Notes: generated by a model not told the origin, from the sequence alone. DNA of 64,000 nt from a virus (IMGVR_UViG_3300042673_001035:32001-96000); one strand, 5' to 3'; shown: positions 10,006 through 19,783, counted from the first letter of the stretch. A program made the numbers and translations.

Positions 10006-10629
10006 TTATATAATTTTATTTGTTTTATTCTCAAATTTTACAATTGGTTCATTCGTATTTAATAAACTATAAATTTTTTTGTAAAAGTCATAACAACCTT
10101 GCCAACCTGGATGCCAATCCATTGGATTACCCCCTTCATCCGCAATAGAAGATACTTGTATTAATTCTACAAACTCTTTTGTTTTTTCATAAAAATCATC
10201 ATTCCACGTTACAAATATTGGTTCATATTCTTTATAAAAATATTTTAACTTTTTAATAAATAGTATTTCATCGTTTCTACCGTCAGCAAGCCAACTTTCC
10301 GTTTCTTTAACTCTTAATTCTAATAATTTTTTTGCAAACGATTTGTCTTTATACCACTCCCAATTTAAATATTTTATATTGTGATTCGTTTCTCTATCTC
10401 CAAAATATCTTCTTGGAAATCTTCCAGGTGCAGTAAATACGATTACGATTCTATCTCCTTCTCTATGATTTGGAATATTTCCAGTTTGATAAACTATTGA
10501 ATGATTATCAGAACCATATTTACCGAAATTTATAATATTATAGTGATTAGATAAATAATCAACCCAATGTATTTTAGGTAAATCCCAATCAACAAAGCTA
10601 TCTCCACATATATAAAGGTTTGGCTTCAT
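10006..10629 (-). CDS. SGNH/GDSL-like hydrolase or acyltransferase
   Basis: GDSF block I, GSDN, C-terminal DWHP. Confidence 0.75.
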   Translation of the reverse strand: MKPNLYICGDSFVDWDLPKIHWVDYLSNHYNIINFGKYGSDNHSIVYQTGNIPNHREGDRIVIVFTAPGRFPRRYFGDRETNHNIKYLNWEWYKDKSFAKKLLELRVKETESWLADGRNDEILFIKKLKYFYKEYEPIFVTWNDDFYEKTKEFVELIQVSSIADEGGNPMDWHPGWQGCYDFYKKIYSLLNTNEPIVKFENKTNKII

Positions 10630-11126
10630 ATTAATTTATTTGTTTCTAATTTTATGTGTTCATTTTGTAAAAACCAAATTAATGAATATCTATCTCCTTC
10701 TAAAATGGGTGTTATTTCGTGTTCAATTCTTACATCAAATATATAGGTATTTCCTATTTCTTTATTTAACACATATTCATCCGAATTATATAATTTAAAA
10801 TTTCCTCCCTCAAAATCATCATTCAATAATACACCCACTGCGTAAACTCTATTATCTCTAATATCATTATGTTTTCCAAACCATGCACCTTTTGTAAATT
10901 TATGAAAATGTATCCTTTTGTTTATTGTTCTGATTGTAATGTTTGTTTCCTTTTGTAAAAACTCCTTCAACTTATCAAATAACCAAATAGTATTTTTATT
11001 ATATTCTATACTCATTGATTCATACATTCTATCTTTATAGTTCCAATTTTGTTTTTTTGATTTTGATATATCAATAATTGATTGACATTCTTGTTGATTA
11101 AATAATATTTTTTGTTTTAATATCAT
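10626..11126 (-). CDS. 2OG-Fe(II) oxygenase
   Basis: HND...LNDDFEGGNF...HEITPILEGDRYSL. Confidence 0.9.
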   Translation of the reverse strand: MILKQKILFNQQECQSIIDISKSKKQNWNYKDRMYESMSIEYNKNTIWLFDKLKEFLQKETNITIRTINKRIHFHKFTKGAWFGKHNDIRDNRVYAVGVLLNDDFEGGNFKLYNSDEYVLNKEIGNTYIFDVRIEHEITPILEGDRYSLIWFLQNEHIKLETNKLI

Positions 11127-12181
11127 AAAAGTTTTGATAAGTTTTTTCTTAATTTGTGTTTTTTAATTATATCATTCATATTATGAATGCACATTTGATT
11201 AAAACAAACTTTATTTATTTGATTTAAAAATTCTTTAAATTCAGGGTGTGATTCTGACCATATTTGTTTTATTAAAAATTCACCATCTGTATATGTTCCC
11301 CAATTTGTAATTTTATTAAAATATATTTCAACCTTTTCTTTAAGTATATTTTTCATCAATTTATAAAATGAGTCCATCTCTGTGTAATTTGTATCTTGTA
11401 CAACGAATGAAGTTCTAACTTTTTTTATTGTTTCACATTTAGAAATAAAATTTAAGTTTTCAATTAAAACGCCCCAATCCCCACCTCTTCTAATAATTTC
11501 ATATGTTTTTTGAGTTGATGCATCTATACTTATTTCTATTGTTTTTATTAAATGGTGTATGTGGCTTAAACTATTCCACATTTTTTCATTTAATAATAAT
11601 CCATTGGTATGTAAATGAATTTGTTTTATATTTGGGAATTTTTTATTATCAAAATTTAGTAATAATTTTCTAATTGATTTGGATGCAAATGGGTCTGCAG
11701 AACCTGAAAGATATAACATCTTTATATTTTTACCATAAACATCAACAATTTTATTTATTGTATTATCAATAAATTCCAATTCCGCTCCATCCGCCATAAT
11801 TGCCACATTTCTACAAGATGGACATGATAGATTACAACTTCTATCAAATGCAAAATTAATATTAGTCGGGCCGTTTTTATAATCATTAACATTAAAATTG
11901 GTTATATGTTTAAACCCCTGTGGTATGTTTTTATTAATTAACAATTCAGACAAATACGGACATTGTGTTTTTGAACAATATTTGTATGAACCATCTAAAA
12001 TTGATTCTTGTATTTTTTTTAATTCGTCACTCTCCCAAGCAGTTTCAATATCTTTTAAATTGGAAATTTTATTGGGTAACCAAGATGGACAACAACTATA
12101 TATTCCATTTTTATGTGCTTCTAAATATTCAAATGGAGTTGTACATATATATTTTTTTAGTATTTCTTCGTTTGTATCCAT
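11123..12181 (-). CDS. Radical SAM protein with N-terminal SPASM/twitch-like Cys cluster
   Basis: CNLSCPSC (CxxxCxxC), HTNG, ISIDA; N-terminal CTTPF...CCP...CSKTQCP. Confidence 0.9.
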   Translation of the reverse strand: MDTNEEILKKYICTTPFEYLEAHKNGIYSCCPSWLPNKISNLKDIETAWESDELKKIQESILDGSYKYCSKTQCPYLSELLINKNIPQGFKHITNFNVNDYKNGPTNINFAFDRSCNLSCPSCRNVAIMADGAELEFIDNTINKIVDVYGKNIKMLYLSGSADPFASKSIRKLLLNFDNKKFPNIKQIHLHTNGLLLNEKMWNSLSHIHHLIKTIEISIDASTQKTYEIIRRGGDWGVLIENLNFISKCETIKKVRTSFVVQDTNYTEMDSFYKLMKNILKEKVEIYFNKITNWGTYTDGEFLIKQIWSESHPEFKEFLNQINKVCFNQMCIHNMNDIIKKHKLRKNLSKLL

Positions 12182-12187
12182 TTCATC

Positions 12188-12775
12188 TTACATTAATGTT
12201 TTTTTATTTTTGAAAGCTGGAATAGTAAATAAAACATTTGCTGCGATAACAACTCTATCCTTATCCGAATTTGGAGATGTTTCGGGTCTATGATATAACC
12301 CTGCAGGGAAAACAAATAGTTCATCTTCTTCAGGTAAAATGAGTATATCTTGTTCATTATGTATAAACCCCAATCTACCATCTTTTTTTTCTAAATTATT
12401 TGGCATTTGAGCATAATATGTAAAGGTATAATCACTTATTATGGAACTTTTGACTGTTTTTGAAAATTCCATATGATTATGCCAATGGGATTGTGTAGTG
12501 TCACTTCTTAATATAAGAGCCCATGGATAGATACAATAATCTGCATTTTCAATATTTTTATCTTTATAAAATAACTCTTTACATTTTTCTACACCAAAAT
12601 TAAGTATATAATCTATCTCTTTACATTTTAATATAAGCTCTGTTTGGATACCTGGATAGTCGTATGATAAATTATGAGAAAATAATCCTACATTTTCATA
12701 AATTTTTCTAATCAAATCTTCCTTTACAAATGGAAAATTTACTTTGTATCTATGTACATTCATTTCATTAATCAT
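12188..12775 (-). CDS. Putative 2OG-Fe(II) oxygenase (TIGR02466-like)
   Basis: WHNH...YYAQMP...FVFPAGLYHRP...DRVVIAAN. Confidence 0.8.
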   Translation of the reverse strand: MINEMNVHRYKVNFPFVKEDLIRKIYENVGLFSHNLSYDYPGIQTELILKCKEIDYILNFGVEKCKELFYKDKNIENADYCIYPWALILRSDTTQSHWHNHMEFSKTVKSSIISDYTFTYYAQMPNNLEKKDGRLGFIHNEQDILILPEEDELFVFPAGLYHRPETSPNSDKDRVVIAANVLFTIPAFKNKKTLM

Positions 12776-13386
12776 ATTAAGCTATTTTTACTTTTTATTT
12801 TAATATCGTTTTCAATAATCCAACCACTTATTGAATATCTTTTATAGGTTTTATCAACTATTTCATCGACGAGATGTAAATCTTTAATATTTTCAACATC
12901 AAATATATTTAAACTATTAAATTTAGGTAATAATTTATGTGTAATATTATCATTTTTATCAACAAATTGCAAGCACCCACCTTTACTTTCATCTACATCT
13001 TTTGTTAAATTATAAACAAATGCATATTTTCTATCAAACACCGAATCATTGTGTTTTGAAAGAAAACTACCATATGTATATTTTGAAATAAAAATACTTT
13101 GAGGTATGAAAAATTTGTCATTAAGTAAATTACTTAATTTAAATTCAAAATTTAACATTTTTAATAAATCATAGATAAATTCTGTATTTTCAATCTTTTC
13201 AAACCAATAAGAAAATTCACCTTTTTTAAATTTAGATTTTTCAAATTCATAAGATTTTTTATGATTAGAAGATGTTATCCAATCTTGTTGTGAATCTATT
13301 ATTTTATATATAGTTTCTGCAGTTTGTTCAGATAAAAAATTTTCTATCTGTGTTGGTTTGGTTTTTAATTCTTCTATATAATTCAT
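12772..13386 (-). CDS. 2OG-Fe(II) oxygenase (prolyl hydroxylase-like)
   Basis: FLSKHND...YNLT...GGCLQF...HLV...RYSISGW. Confidence 0.9.
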   Translation of the reverse strand: MNYIEELKTKPTQIENFLSEQTAETIYKIIDSQQDWITSSNHKKSYEFEKSKFKKGEFSYWFEKIENTEFIYDLLKMLNFEFKLSNLLNDKFFIPQSIFISKYTYGSFLSKHNDSVFDRKYAFVYNLTKDVDESKGGCLQFVDKNDNITHKLLPKFNSLNIFDVENIKDLHLVDEIVDKTYKRYSISGWIIENDIKIKSKNSLI

Positions 13387-13389
13387 ATA

Positions 13390-14076
13390 TTATATTAAAT
13401 TTATTTTATTTTGAAATCTTGATTCAAAGGTATTCCATAAAAAATTTTTTAAATCATCGTTTAATATAATTTTATTATTTTCTTTTTTTGTTTCATTAGT
13501 TTTTACTATTTTTAATTCTACACCAAATTTTTGGTATATAAAACTTGTAAATTTATCTAATTCTGTAATATCAAATTCGTATGTACATTTTTCATTTTCA
13601 GTCCAAAAGTTTTTAGAACCAAAAATACATAAAGTGCCAGTTAAATTTTTATTTATTTTAGTAAAAAAACCATTGTAACAATCCCGCATTTCTTCTAAAT
13701 TTTCTGAATATATTGCATTTGCAAAATTAGTATTGAAATGTTTGTAGATAAATTCATTATCAACATCTTTCCAATCTATAATTAGTTCATTTTTATGTGT
13801 GTTTTTAGAAACATCAAAAAAAAATTCTAATGCACTTAACCATCTATCAAACCAATTTCTATTAATACAAAACGTTTCTTTTATTCCAAACTCATTTATA
13901 CATTGACTTTTTCTTAAATGGTAGTGTTTTAAATTACTTTTACTATTTTTAATAAATGATTCTATTAAAGGTGATTTTTTAATTTTTAAAACTGACGATT
14001 CAAATGAATTTATTAAAGAAACAGATGCACACCTTGGTATTGAAATCCAAATAAGTTCGTTATTTATGAGTAACAT
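13390..14076 (-). CDS. Sulfotransferase-like protein (Sulfotransfer_2 type)
   Basis: WISIPRCASVS 5'-PSB-like loop and RNWFDRWLSA 3'-PB-like motif. Confidence 0.75.
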   Translation of the reverse strand: MLLINNELIWISIPRCASVSLINSFESSVLKIKKSPLIESFIKNSKSNLKHYHLRKSQCINEFGIKETFCINRNWFDRWLSALEFFFDVSKNTHKNELIIDWKDVDNEFIYKHFNTNFANAIYSENLEEMRDCYNGFFTKINKNLTGTLCIFGSKNFWTENEKCTYEFDITELDKFTSFIYQKFGVELKIVKTNETKKENNKIILNDDLKNFLWNTFESRFQNKINLI

Positions 14077-14088
14077 ATTAAAATATTT

Positions 14089-14358
14089 TTATAGTAACCT
14101 CTTTGATTCTGATTTTACTTTTGTAAAAAATTCATCATCTACATCTTTCCATTTACCTTTTGGACATGGATTTTGATTCTCTGAAAATATTTTTTTGGAT
14201 ATCGGACACCCACATGCCGAACAAATAGGTTTTGTTAATATAAGTTTTTTATACTCACATCCATTACATATGTTAGCTCTATTTAATGCCAACAATCTTT
14301 GGGATTCAGTTGGATTAAATGAAATTATCCAAGCATTAATTATTTCAGTAAAATTCAT
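14089..14358 (-). CDS. Small CxxC metal-binding protein (DUF6171-like)
   Basis: R..ICNGC...CSACGCPI..K...CPKGKW. Confidence 0.75.
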   Translation of the reverse strand: MNFTEIINAWIISFNPTESQRLLALNRANICNGCEYKKLILTKPICSACGCPISKKIFSENQNPCPKGKWKDVDDEFFTKVKSESKRLL

Positions 14359-14378
14359 AACTTATTAATTGAAAAAAT

Positions 14379-14456
14379 TTAAGAATTGTCACTTACTATT
14401 AATGCACCTATTTGGGTCATTATAGTATTAATTGTTGTAATTTCTTGTATAGTCAT
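14379..14456 (-). CDS. Possible 25-aa small ORF
   Basis: MTIQEITTINTIMTQIGALIVSDNS* fills the gap between the Hint protein and the CxxC protein. Confidence 0.4.
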   Translation of the reverse strand: MTIQEITTINTIMTQIGALIVSDNS

Positions 14457-14477
14457 TTTATTAAATATTTTATTTTA

Positions 14478-15986
14478 TTATAAATACAAACAAACTCTAC
14501 CACCATCATAACAAGGGTTATTATAATTGTAAGTACAGGTTTCGTACATTTTATTACATCCACCAGCTCCGATACCAAATACGAAACAACGTTGGCATTG
14601 AAAGTTATGTTCGATTGCTACAAACATACCATCATCGGTTTTAGTTAAGAATAAGTGTTCATCCTGAACTCCAATCTGCCATCCATCAAATCCTTCTACA
14701 CTATTTGTTATATTTGTTACAGTTTTTTCGTTTACTTCAATTGTTTCTAAATTATCCGTTTGTACTAAAAGTATTTTATCACCTATTTGTAACATATCTA
14801 CTTCTTCATCTTCGGAATGAAGTTTTGTCCATTTAACAATATCACCTCTCTTTATAAGATATTGTGATATGGATGTATCCTGCCATGTTGTATTATCATC
14901 AAATGTAATTGTTGTCATTGGTGATAATACATTTGATTTTGTTTTAAACTGAACGACATTTGTACTAAATGTTGAATTTGATAAAAATTCATTAAAATCA
15001 ACTTGATAATTTCGTAATTCGTTTGATGAATCTAAATTTGGTTGATTTTCATATAATTTAATAGTCTTTATTATATCACCAGCTTGTAATTCTAATCCTG
15101 TTTTATATGTACCATCTGCCATCATTACCAAATCGGTGTCTAACAATTTAGGCCTACTAATATCTTGGGTGTTTGTGATATATGACTTTCTAAAGTTTGA
15201 GTCTATTTCGAAAGTTTCAGAATTATAAGTAACATTATCATACAATTGTACATTACCATGTTTAGTATATGCACCAATTGAAATAGATTCTAATGTCGAT
15301 GGATATAATAAATTATATGAACGAACTATACTGACTACATTATTTTCAATTTTATTTAAATTTAAATGATACTCCATTAAAAAATATTCATCGGTTACAT
15401 TTTGTAATACCACATCTAATTCTTCCAATGTAGTTACTTTATAAAATTTAGGGTATTCGTTTCTGTCGTATACCGGATATTTAGCTTTTAAAATAAAATT
15501 TGGATGTACTCCATTATCCGATATCGTTGTTATATTTGATATAAGTTCGTCATTTTCATTTTTATATGCAAATTGATGGCCAAATTCAGTAGATTGGATT
15601 AACTTTAAAAAATTAACTTTATCCTTACAATAAGTTTCATCCAATATCGCCGTAACATCATATGCACTTCTTATAATTAGATGTGTATCGGAATCATCAA
15701 CGTGTGGGATAGTTATATTACCACCTACTTCCTCAAAAGCATATTCAATATTTAAACCAGTACATAAAATTTCTAATTTATCGTGAAATTGTCTTATGCC
15801 ACCAATATATGTTACTTTAGTAAAGTTATTGGTAGTTATGAAATTGGATAATTCATCTAAATTAAATAAACTATTATATTGTTCTTGTGTTAGTCTGTTG
15901 ATACCTGAATTTGTGTTTGTTTCAATTGGTAATAAATTACCTACCGAATTATATACAAAGTCGGTTCCTAATAATACTGTTCTCAT
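14478..15986 (-). CDS. Circularly permuted ATP-grasp-like + Hint domain + C-terminal Cys-rich peptide fusion
   Basis: N-terminal GTDF...IETNTNSG, later FILKAKYP and YFLMEY; Hint block A-like KLLDTDLVMMADGTYK...LQAGD; terminal block ...HLFL...IEHN; then a 41-aa peptide with 6 Cys. Confidence 0.7.
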   Translation of the reverse strand: MRTVLLGTDFVYNSVGNLLPIETNTNSGINRLTQEQYNSLFNLDELSNFITTNNFTKVTYIGGIRQFHDKLEILCTGLNIEYAFEEVGGNITIPHVDDSDTHLIIRSAYDVTAILDETYCKDKVNFLKLIQSTEFGHQFAYKNENDELISNITTISDNGVHPNFILKAKYPVYDRNEYPKFYKVTTLEELDVVLQNVTDEYFLMEYHLNLNKIENNVVSIVRSYNLLYPSTLESISIGAYTKHGNVQLYDNVTYNSETFEIDSNFRKSYITNTQDISRPKLLDTDLVMMADGTYKTGLELQAGDIIKTIKLYENQPNLDSSNELRNYQVDFNEFLSNSTFSTNVVQFKTKSNVLSPMTTITFDDNTTWQDTSISQYLIKRGDIVKWTKLHSEDEEVDMLQIGDKILLVQTDNLETIEVNEKTVTNITNSVEGFDGWQIGVQDEHLFLTKTDDGMFVAIEHNFQCQRCFVFGIGAGGCNKMYETCTYNYNNPCYDGGRVCLYL

Positions 15987-16007
15987 ATTTTATGTTTCTA
16001 TTTGTCT

Positions 16008-16015
16008 ATAAATAT
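16008..16015 (-). promoter_or_regulatory. Candidate phage late-promoter motif ATATTTAT
   Basis: Same 8-mer lies just upstream of the starts at 8267, 21340, 35572 and 37646 (variant before 3028). Confidence 0.35.
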
Positions 16016-16032
16016 AAATTAATTAAATAAAA

Positions 16033-17832
16033 TTATATTATTTTTTTTCCATATTGAGGTTTTGGAATATCGTTTAAGTCTTCAAATAAGATAATAGGTT
16101 CTTCAATGGTTTCAATCTCATTTGAGATTATAGTGTATGATTGTGATCCTGTTTCTTGTTTTTCTTTTAATTCTAAATATAATCCTCTATTATAGATTGA
16201 ATATGGTATTCCTATTCTTTTAAATGTCTCCTCAGCTTGTTCAATTCTTCTTAACCTATCCATTGGTGTATTCCACTTTGTTGTGAAATTAACACCATTC
16301 TCATATTCTAAATATTGTTTCTCCACATCTCTCCACTTTACTAATAGAGTTTGATGTAATAAAAATACGGAACAGGTTACTATTTCTGCCATACAATCTC
16401 TAAATTCCTCTACAAAGTCTAAAGTTTTTTGAAAATCTTCATCGGTTTCGTTTAGATATCCAACAATGATTTGCATACCAAACAACAATGGATATTCAAA
16501 TTCAGTTCCCTTATTTTCTTCATTTACCTTTCTTACATTTTCAAAAATTTCTCTCACACCTTGAACATCGGTGTATTTTTTCATATGTTTAAGAACTGGT
16601 TCGGAATAAGATTCGAATCCTGTAATAAACTTTGTTAGTCCTGCTCTACGATATAATCTTATAGTTTCTATATCTCTCATTTGAGATTGTAGTCTAACAT
16701 TACCACCGATATTAATATCTAATCCTCTTTCGATAATTTTTTCACACAATTCTTTTAACCACTTTGGATTACCATTGATAATTGAATCGTGACAAAAGAA
16801 ATACTTCTTTCCTTTTGCAACCCATCCTTCTAATTCCTCTAACACATTTTCAACGGTTCTATATCGGTATTCAGGTATATAATCCGGTACTGAACAAAAC
16901 GAACAACGATAAGGACAACCTCTACTCATTGTAATAGGTTTAGTGTCCTGATAAACTGACTTATAATAAAAATTATCTTCTAAAGAACTATAATCCGGAA
17001 TAGGTAATGCATCCATTGGAATATTTGCTCTCATTTTATTGTGGATAAAAATACCATTTAATTGCCAAATTAATCCAGGTATAGACATTAAGGACTCCTC
17101 ACTCCAATCTGACTTAAGTATTTCTACAAATGTCATCTCACCATCACCTCTACTGATTGCATCGATGAAAGTATATTCGTTTGTTTTATAATTTGAATTG
17201 GGTAATCTACCAAAGTCTAACACTTCAACACCATTACCACCAATTAAAATTTTAACCTCTGGATATTTTTCTTTTACTAATTTTGCAATTGCAAGTGTTG
17301 CATCTATATTACCATCGATAATACTAAATCCTAAAAATTTAGGCTTTGCTTTCTCTAAATATCTACCAACGAATCCGTATGCAATATCATATGTTTCCTG
17401 AAAATTATATAATAGATGAAACTGACTTTGTTTGGAGTATGTATTAAATAAATTGAAAAACTCACCTTGCTTATCCGGTGGATTTAAAAAGAAATAGTCA
17501 ATTACTGGGTCAATGATTGCAACCCTTAATTCGGGTTCATATTTGTCTATCCAAGACTTTAAACCAACTATGCCGGAATAATAACCTGATTCATTGATAT
17601 TAGGAACTTGTAATAACAAACAATCTTGTTCTTCTATATCTTGAAAATGGAATTTATGTTCTATCTCCAATCCTTTGCCTTTCTCTGCAAAAACAGTTTG
17701 ACGCATATATTGTAGTAAATCGACTTTGATGTCAAATACTTCAACACCACTTTTCATTTGGTCATCTACTCTATTCTCAACTTTTTGAATTTGACTTTCA
17801 ATATCAGGACTAATGATTTCGTCAATTTGCAT
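16033..17832 (-). CDS. B12-binding radical SAM enzyme (class B methyltransferase-like)
   Basis: Cobalamin-binding region (LGFS...ILIGG...GDGE), SRGCPYRCSFC, GFES, IIVGYLNET. Confidence 0.9.
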   Translation of the reverse strand: MQIDEIISPDIESQIQKVENRVDDQMKSGVEVFDIKVDLLQYMRQTVFAEKGKGLEIEHKFHFQDIEEQDCLLLQVPNINESGYYSGIVGLKSWIDKYEPELRVAIIDPVIDYFFLNPPDKQGEFFNLFNTYSKQSQFHLLYNFQETYDIAYGFVGRYLEKAKPKFLGFSIIDGNIDATLAIAKLVKEKYPEVKILIGGNGVEVLDFGRLPNSNYKTNEYTFIDAISRGDGEMTFVEILKSDWSEESLMSIPGLIWQLNGIFIHNKMRANIPMDALPIPDYSSLEDNFYYKSVYQDTKPITMSRGCPYRCSFCSVPDYIPEYRYRTVENVLEELEGWVAKGKKYFFCHDSIINGNPKWLKELCEKIIERGLDINIGGNVRLQSQMRDIETIRLYRRAGLTKFITGFESYSEPVLKHMKKYTDVQGVREIFENVRKVNEENKGTEFEYPLLFGMQIIVGYLNETDEDFQKTLDFVEEFRDCMAEIVTCSVFLLHQTLLVKWRDVEKQYLEYENGVNFTTKWNTPMDRLRRIEQAEETFKRIGIPYSIYNRGLYLELKEKQETGSQSYTIISNEIETIEEPIILFEDLNDIPKPQYGKKII

Positions 17833-17849
17833 GAATATAATAATTTAAT

Positions 17850-17881
17850 TAAATATACAAATAATTATTGAATTTTCCAAA
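17850..17881 (-). promoter_or_regulatory. Bacteroidota-type promoter
   Basis: Minus strand TTTG-N20-TATATTTA upstream of the B12 radical SAM gene. Confidence 0.6.
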
Positions 17882-17910
17882 TAAATCAATTTTATTCAAA
17901 AAAATAAAAT

Positions 17911-18558
17911 CTATATTAATGTTGAACCATTGTTATTAATATAATTAATCATTATATCAGCCAATACTTTACAGCCAAATTCGGATAGGTGGTGGTCATT
18001 TATTACGCCTTTTGTTTCATTTATTATTTCCATCTTACCTTTATAATATGACCAATATAAATTATTTACTATTTTACTTTTTTCAAATTCGGAAAAAGCT
18101 GACCAATAAACTATTTTGTTATTTTTAAATGTATAATTTAACAAATCCATCCATCCCATTATTTCTTTTAAAAATAATTCGGAATCTCTATTTACTAAAA
18201 TTTCTTGTAAAGTCCTCTCACTTATAAGTGGTAAATCTGGTAAATGATTAAGAATTATTGTATGGAAAAATTTGTTAGACATATCTGCTAGTCTAAATCT
18301 TGTTATTGATGACCATCCTATTATTATATAATCACCATCTTTGATGTTATTGATTTGTTTTATAATGGAATCTAATATCGTATAATTATCACTACCACCT
18401 TTAGCACAATTTCGAAATGGTAATTCTAAATTATCCGCAAGAATTTCTGGCCAAAATTTGGGTTCATACCCTTTCCATTTGATATATTCATCTGCCCACC
18501 GATAAGATTTATTATATCCCTCAGTATTAGAATCACCAAAAAACCATATCTTATTCAT
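17911..18558 (-). CDS. SGNH/GDSL-like hydrolase or acyltransferase
   Basis: FFGDSNTEG, GGSDN, DHHLS; close paralog of 30030..30677. Confidence 0.8.
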   Translation of the reverse strand: MNKIWFFGDSNTEGYNKSYRWADEYIKWKGYEPKFWPEILADNLELPFRNCAKGGSDNYTILDSIIKQINNIKDGDYIIIGWSSITRFRLADMSNKFFHTIILNHLPDLPLISERTLQEILVNRDSELFLKEIMGWMDLLNYTFKNNKIVYWSAFSEFEKSKIVNNLYWSYYKGKMEIINETKGVINDHHLSEFGCKVLADIMINYINNNGSTLI

Positions 18559-18584
18559 ATTTTATAATATTGTTTAAATTAATT

Positions 18585-18628
18585 GGGGTGGGGGTTGGGG
18601 GAGAAAGTCGTTTTTTAAGAAAATTTTT
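18585..18628 (+). repeat. G-tract element G4-T-G5-TT-G5-AGAAAGTCGTTTTTTAAGAAAATTTTT (copy 1)
   Basis: Intergenic; matches the reverse complement of 28111..28151. Confidence 0.75.
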
Positions 18629-18651
18629 AGAACATACCTTCTATTGATAGT

Positions 18652-19353
18652 CTATATCAATTCTCTTTTTATACTTATTATACTTTTTAATTTCATTTTA
18701 AGATTCAATATATCATCTTCCAATTTATCAATTTCATTTTGTTTTTCCATTAATAAGTCGTATGATGTCAGTCCTCTTTCATTATTTAAAATTCGTTTTA
18801 ACCATAACTCATCTTTGTCACATAAAATATATAATTCATCCAATTTGTCTTTTGATATCATAGATAAAATTTCAACTTTTGATTTAAAATGTTTCATTTT
18901 ATGGGAATCATATAATTCGGGTTTATATTCAATTTTATAATCAAAAAATTCCGACAATTTGTCTAGATGTATCATTTTGAATCCAAAAATATTCCATATA
19001 CGATACAGATTTTTATATAAGTTTGGAGACCAATGTTCGGATTTATCATCAATCATATTTTCAATAATTACATCCAAATTCCAATCTTGTTTACGATTAT
19101 TGGAGGTGTGTATTTTGCCCTCTATATTTCCCCACACATAATCGGTTTGAATCGCCGATATGATATGTTCACACGGATTTCTATATGTTACAATTGAATT
19201 TTGTGTAATATCGATTGGTGGATTAGGTGAATTTGGGTCTATATCCACTTCCGATTGGTTTATCCAATTAGAATTTCTTACAAATCGAATACCACACTTT
19301 GGAATACAAATAATTGGTTCTCTATCTTTATATTCATGTTTTGATAAAATCAT
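18652..19353 (-). CDS. Sulfotransferase-like protein
   Basis: ICIPKCG and YRNPCEHIISA motifs; C-terminal coiled coil. Confidence 0.6.
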   Translation of the reverse strand: MILSKHEYKDREPIICIPKCGIRFVRNSNWINQSEVDIDPNSPNPPIDITQNSIVTYRNPCEHIISAIQTDYVWGNIEGKIHTSNNRKQDWNLDVIIENMIDDKSEHWSPNLYKNLYRIWNIFGFKMIHLDKLSEFFDYKIEYKPELYDSHKMKHFKSKVEILSMISKDKLDELYILCDKDELWLKRILNNERGLTSYDLLMEKQNEIDKLEDDILNLKMKLKSIISIKRELI

Positions 19354-19502
19354 AGTATTGTGTTTATTTCTTCATTAGGTCTCTTTTAAGACGCTTTAGA
19401 TACCATATAGGAAAATATATCACCCAATACATAGAAACGACAAATACACCACCCATAATGACAATGGACATGGTTATAAGTCTTAAGATTAGTAATATAG
19501 TA

Positions 19503-19778
19503 TTAATGAGAGATACCATTACCATAAATTGATGTCCAGATGCCGACTATACCAACCAAACACCAAAAGGCATTCAATATAATGTATGCACGGTTATCTC
19601 TTTCCCATGCAGCATAAGTTAAAATAACGGCATCGATAGTATTCCATATCCACATCCAAAGAAAAGGAGTATCAGGTCCCATAATAGAAAGAGTACCAAA
19701 TGCAATGATTCTCATCACTACTCCGATATTCTCCATCCATTTAATTGTGGTTTCACTTAATAACTTTAGTTTTGACAT
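19503..19778 (-). CDS. Small 3-TM membrane protein
   Basis: Three hydrophobic helices, LNAFW motif (CBU_0592-like). Confidence 0.6.
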   Translation of the reverse strand: MSKLKLLSETTIKWMENIGVVMRIIAFGTLSIMGPDTPFLWMWIWNTIDAVILTYAAWERDNRAYIILNAFWCLVGIVGIWTSIYGNGISH

Positions 19779-19783
19779 AACTT

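Noticed and set aside
12193-12381. Alternative-frame minus ORFs (also 47425..47616 and 57261..57449)
   Set aside because: Nested within better-supported genes in another frame
14604-15149. Hint segment as a canonical splicing intein
   Set aside because: Position 1 is Lys rather than Cys/Ser/Ala, +1 is Phe rather than Cys/Ser/Thr, and there is no endonuclease; only C-terminal cleavage is plausible
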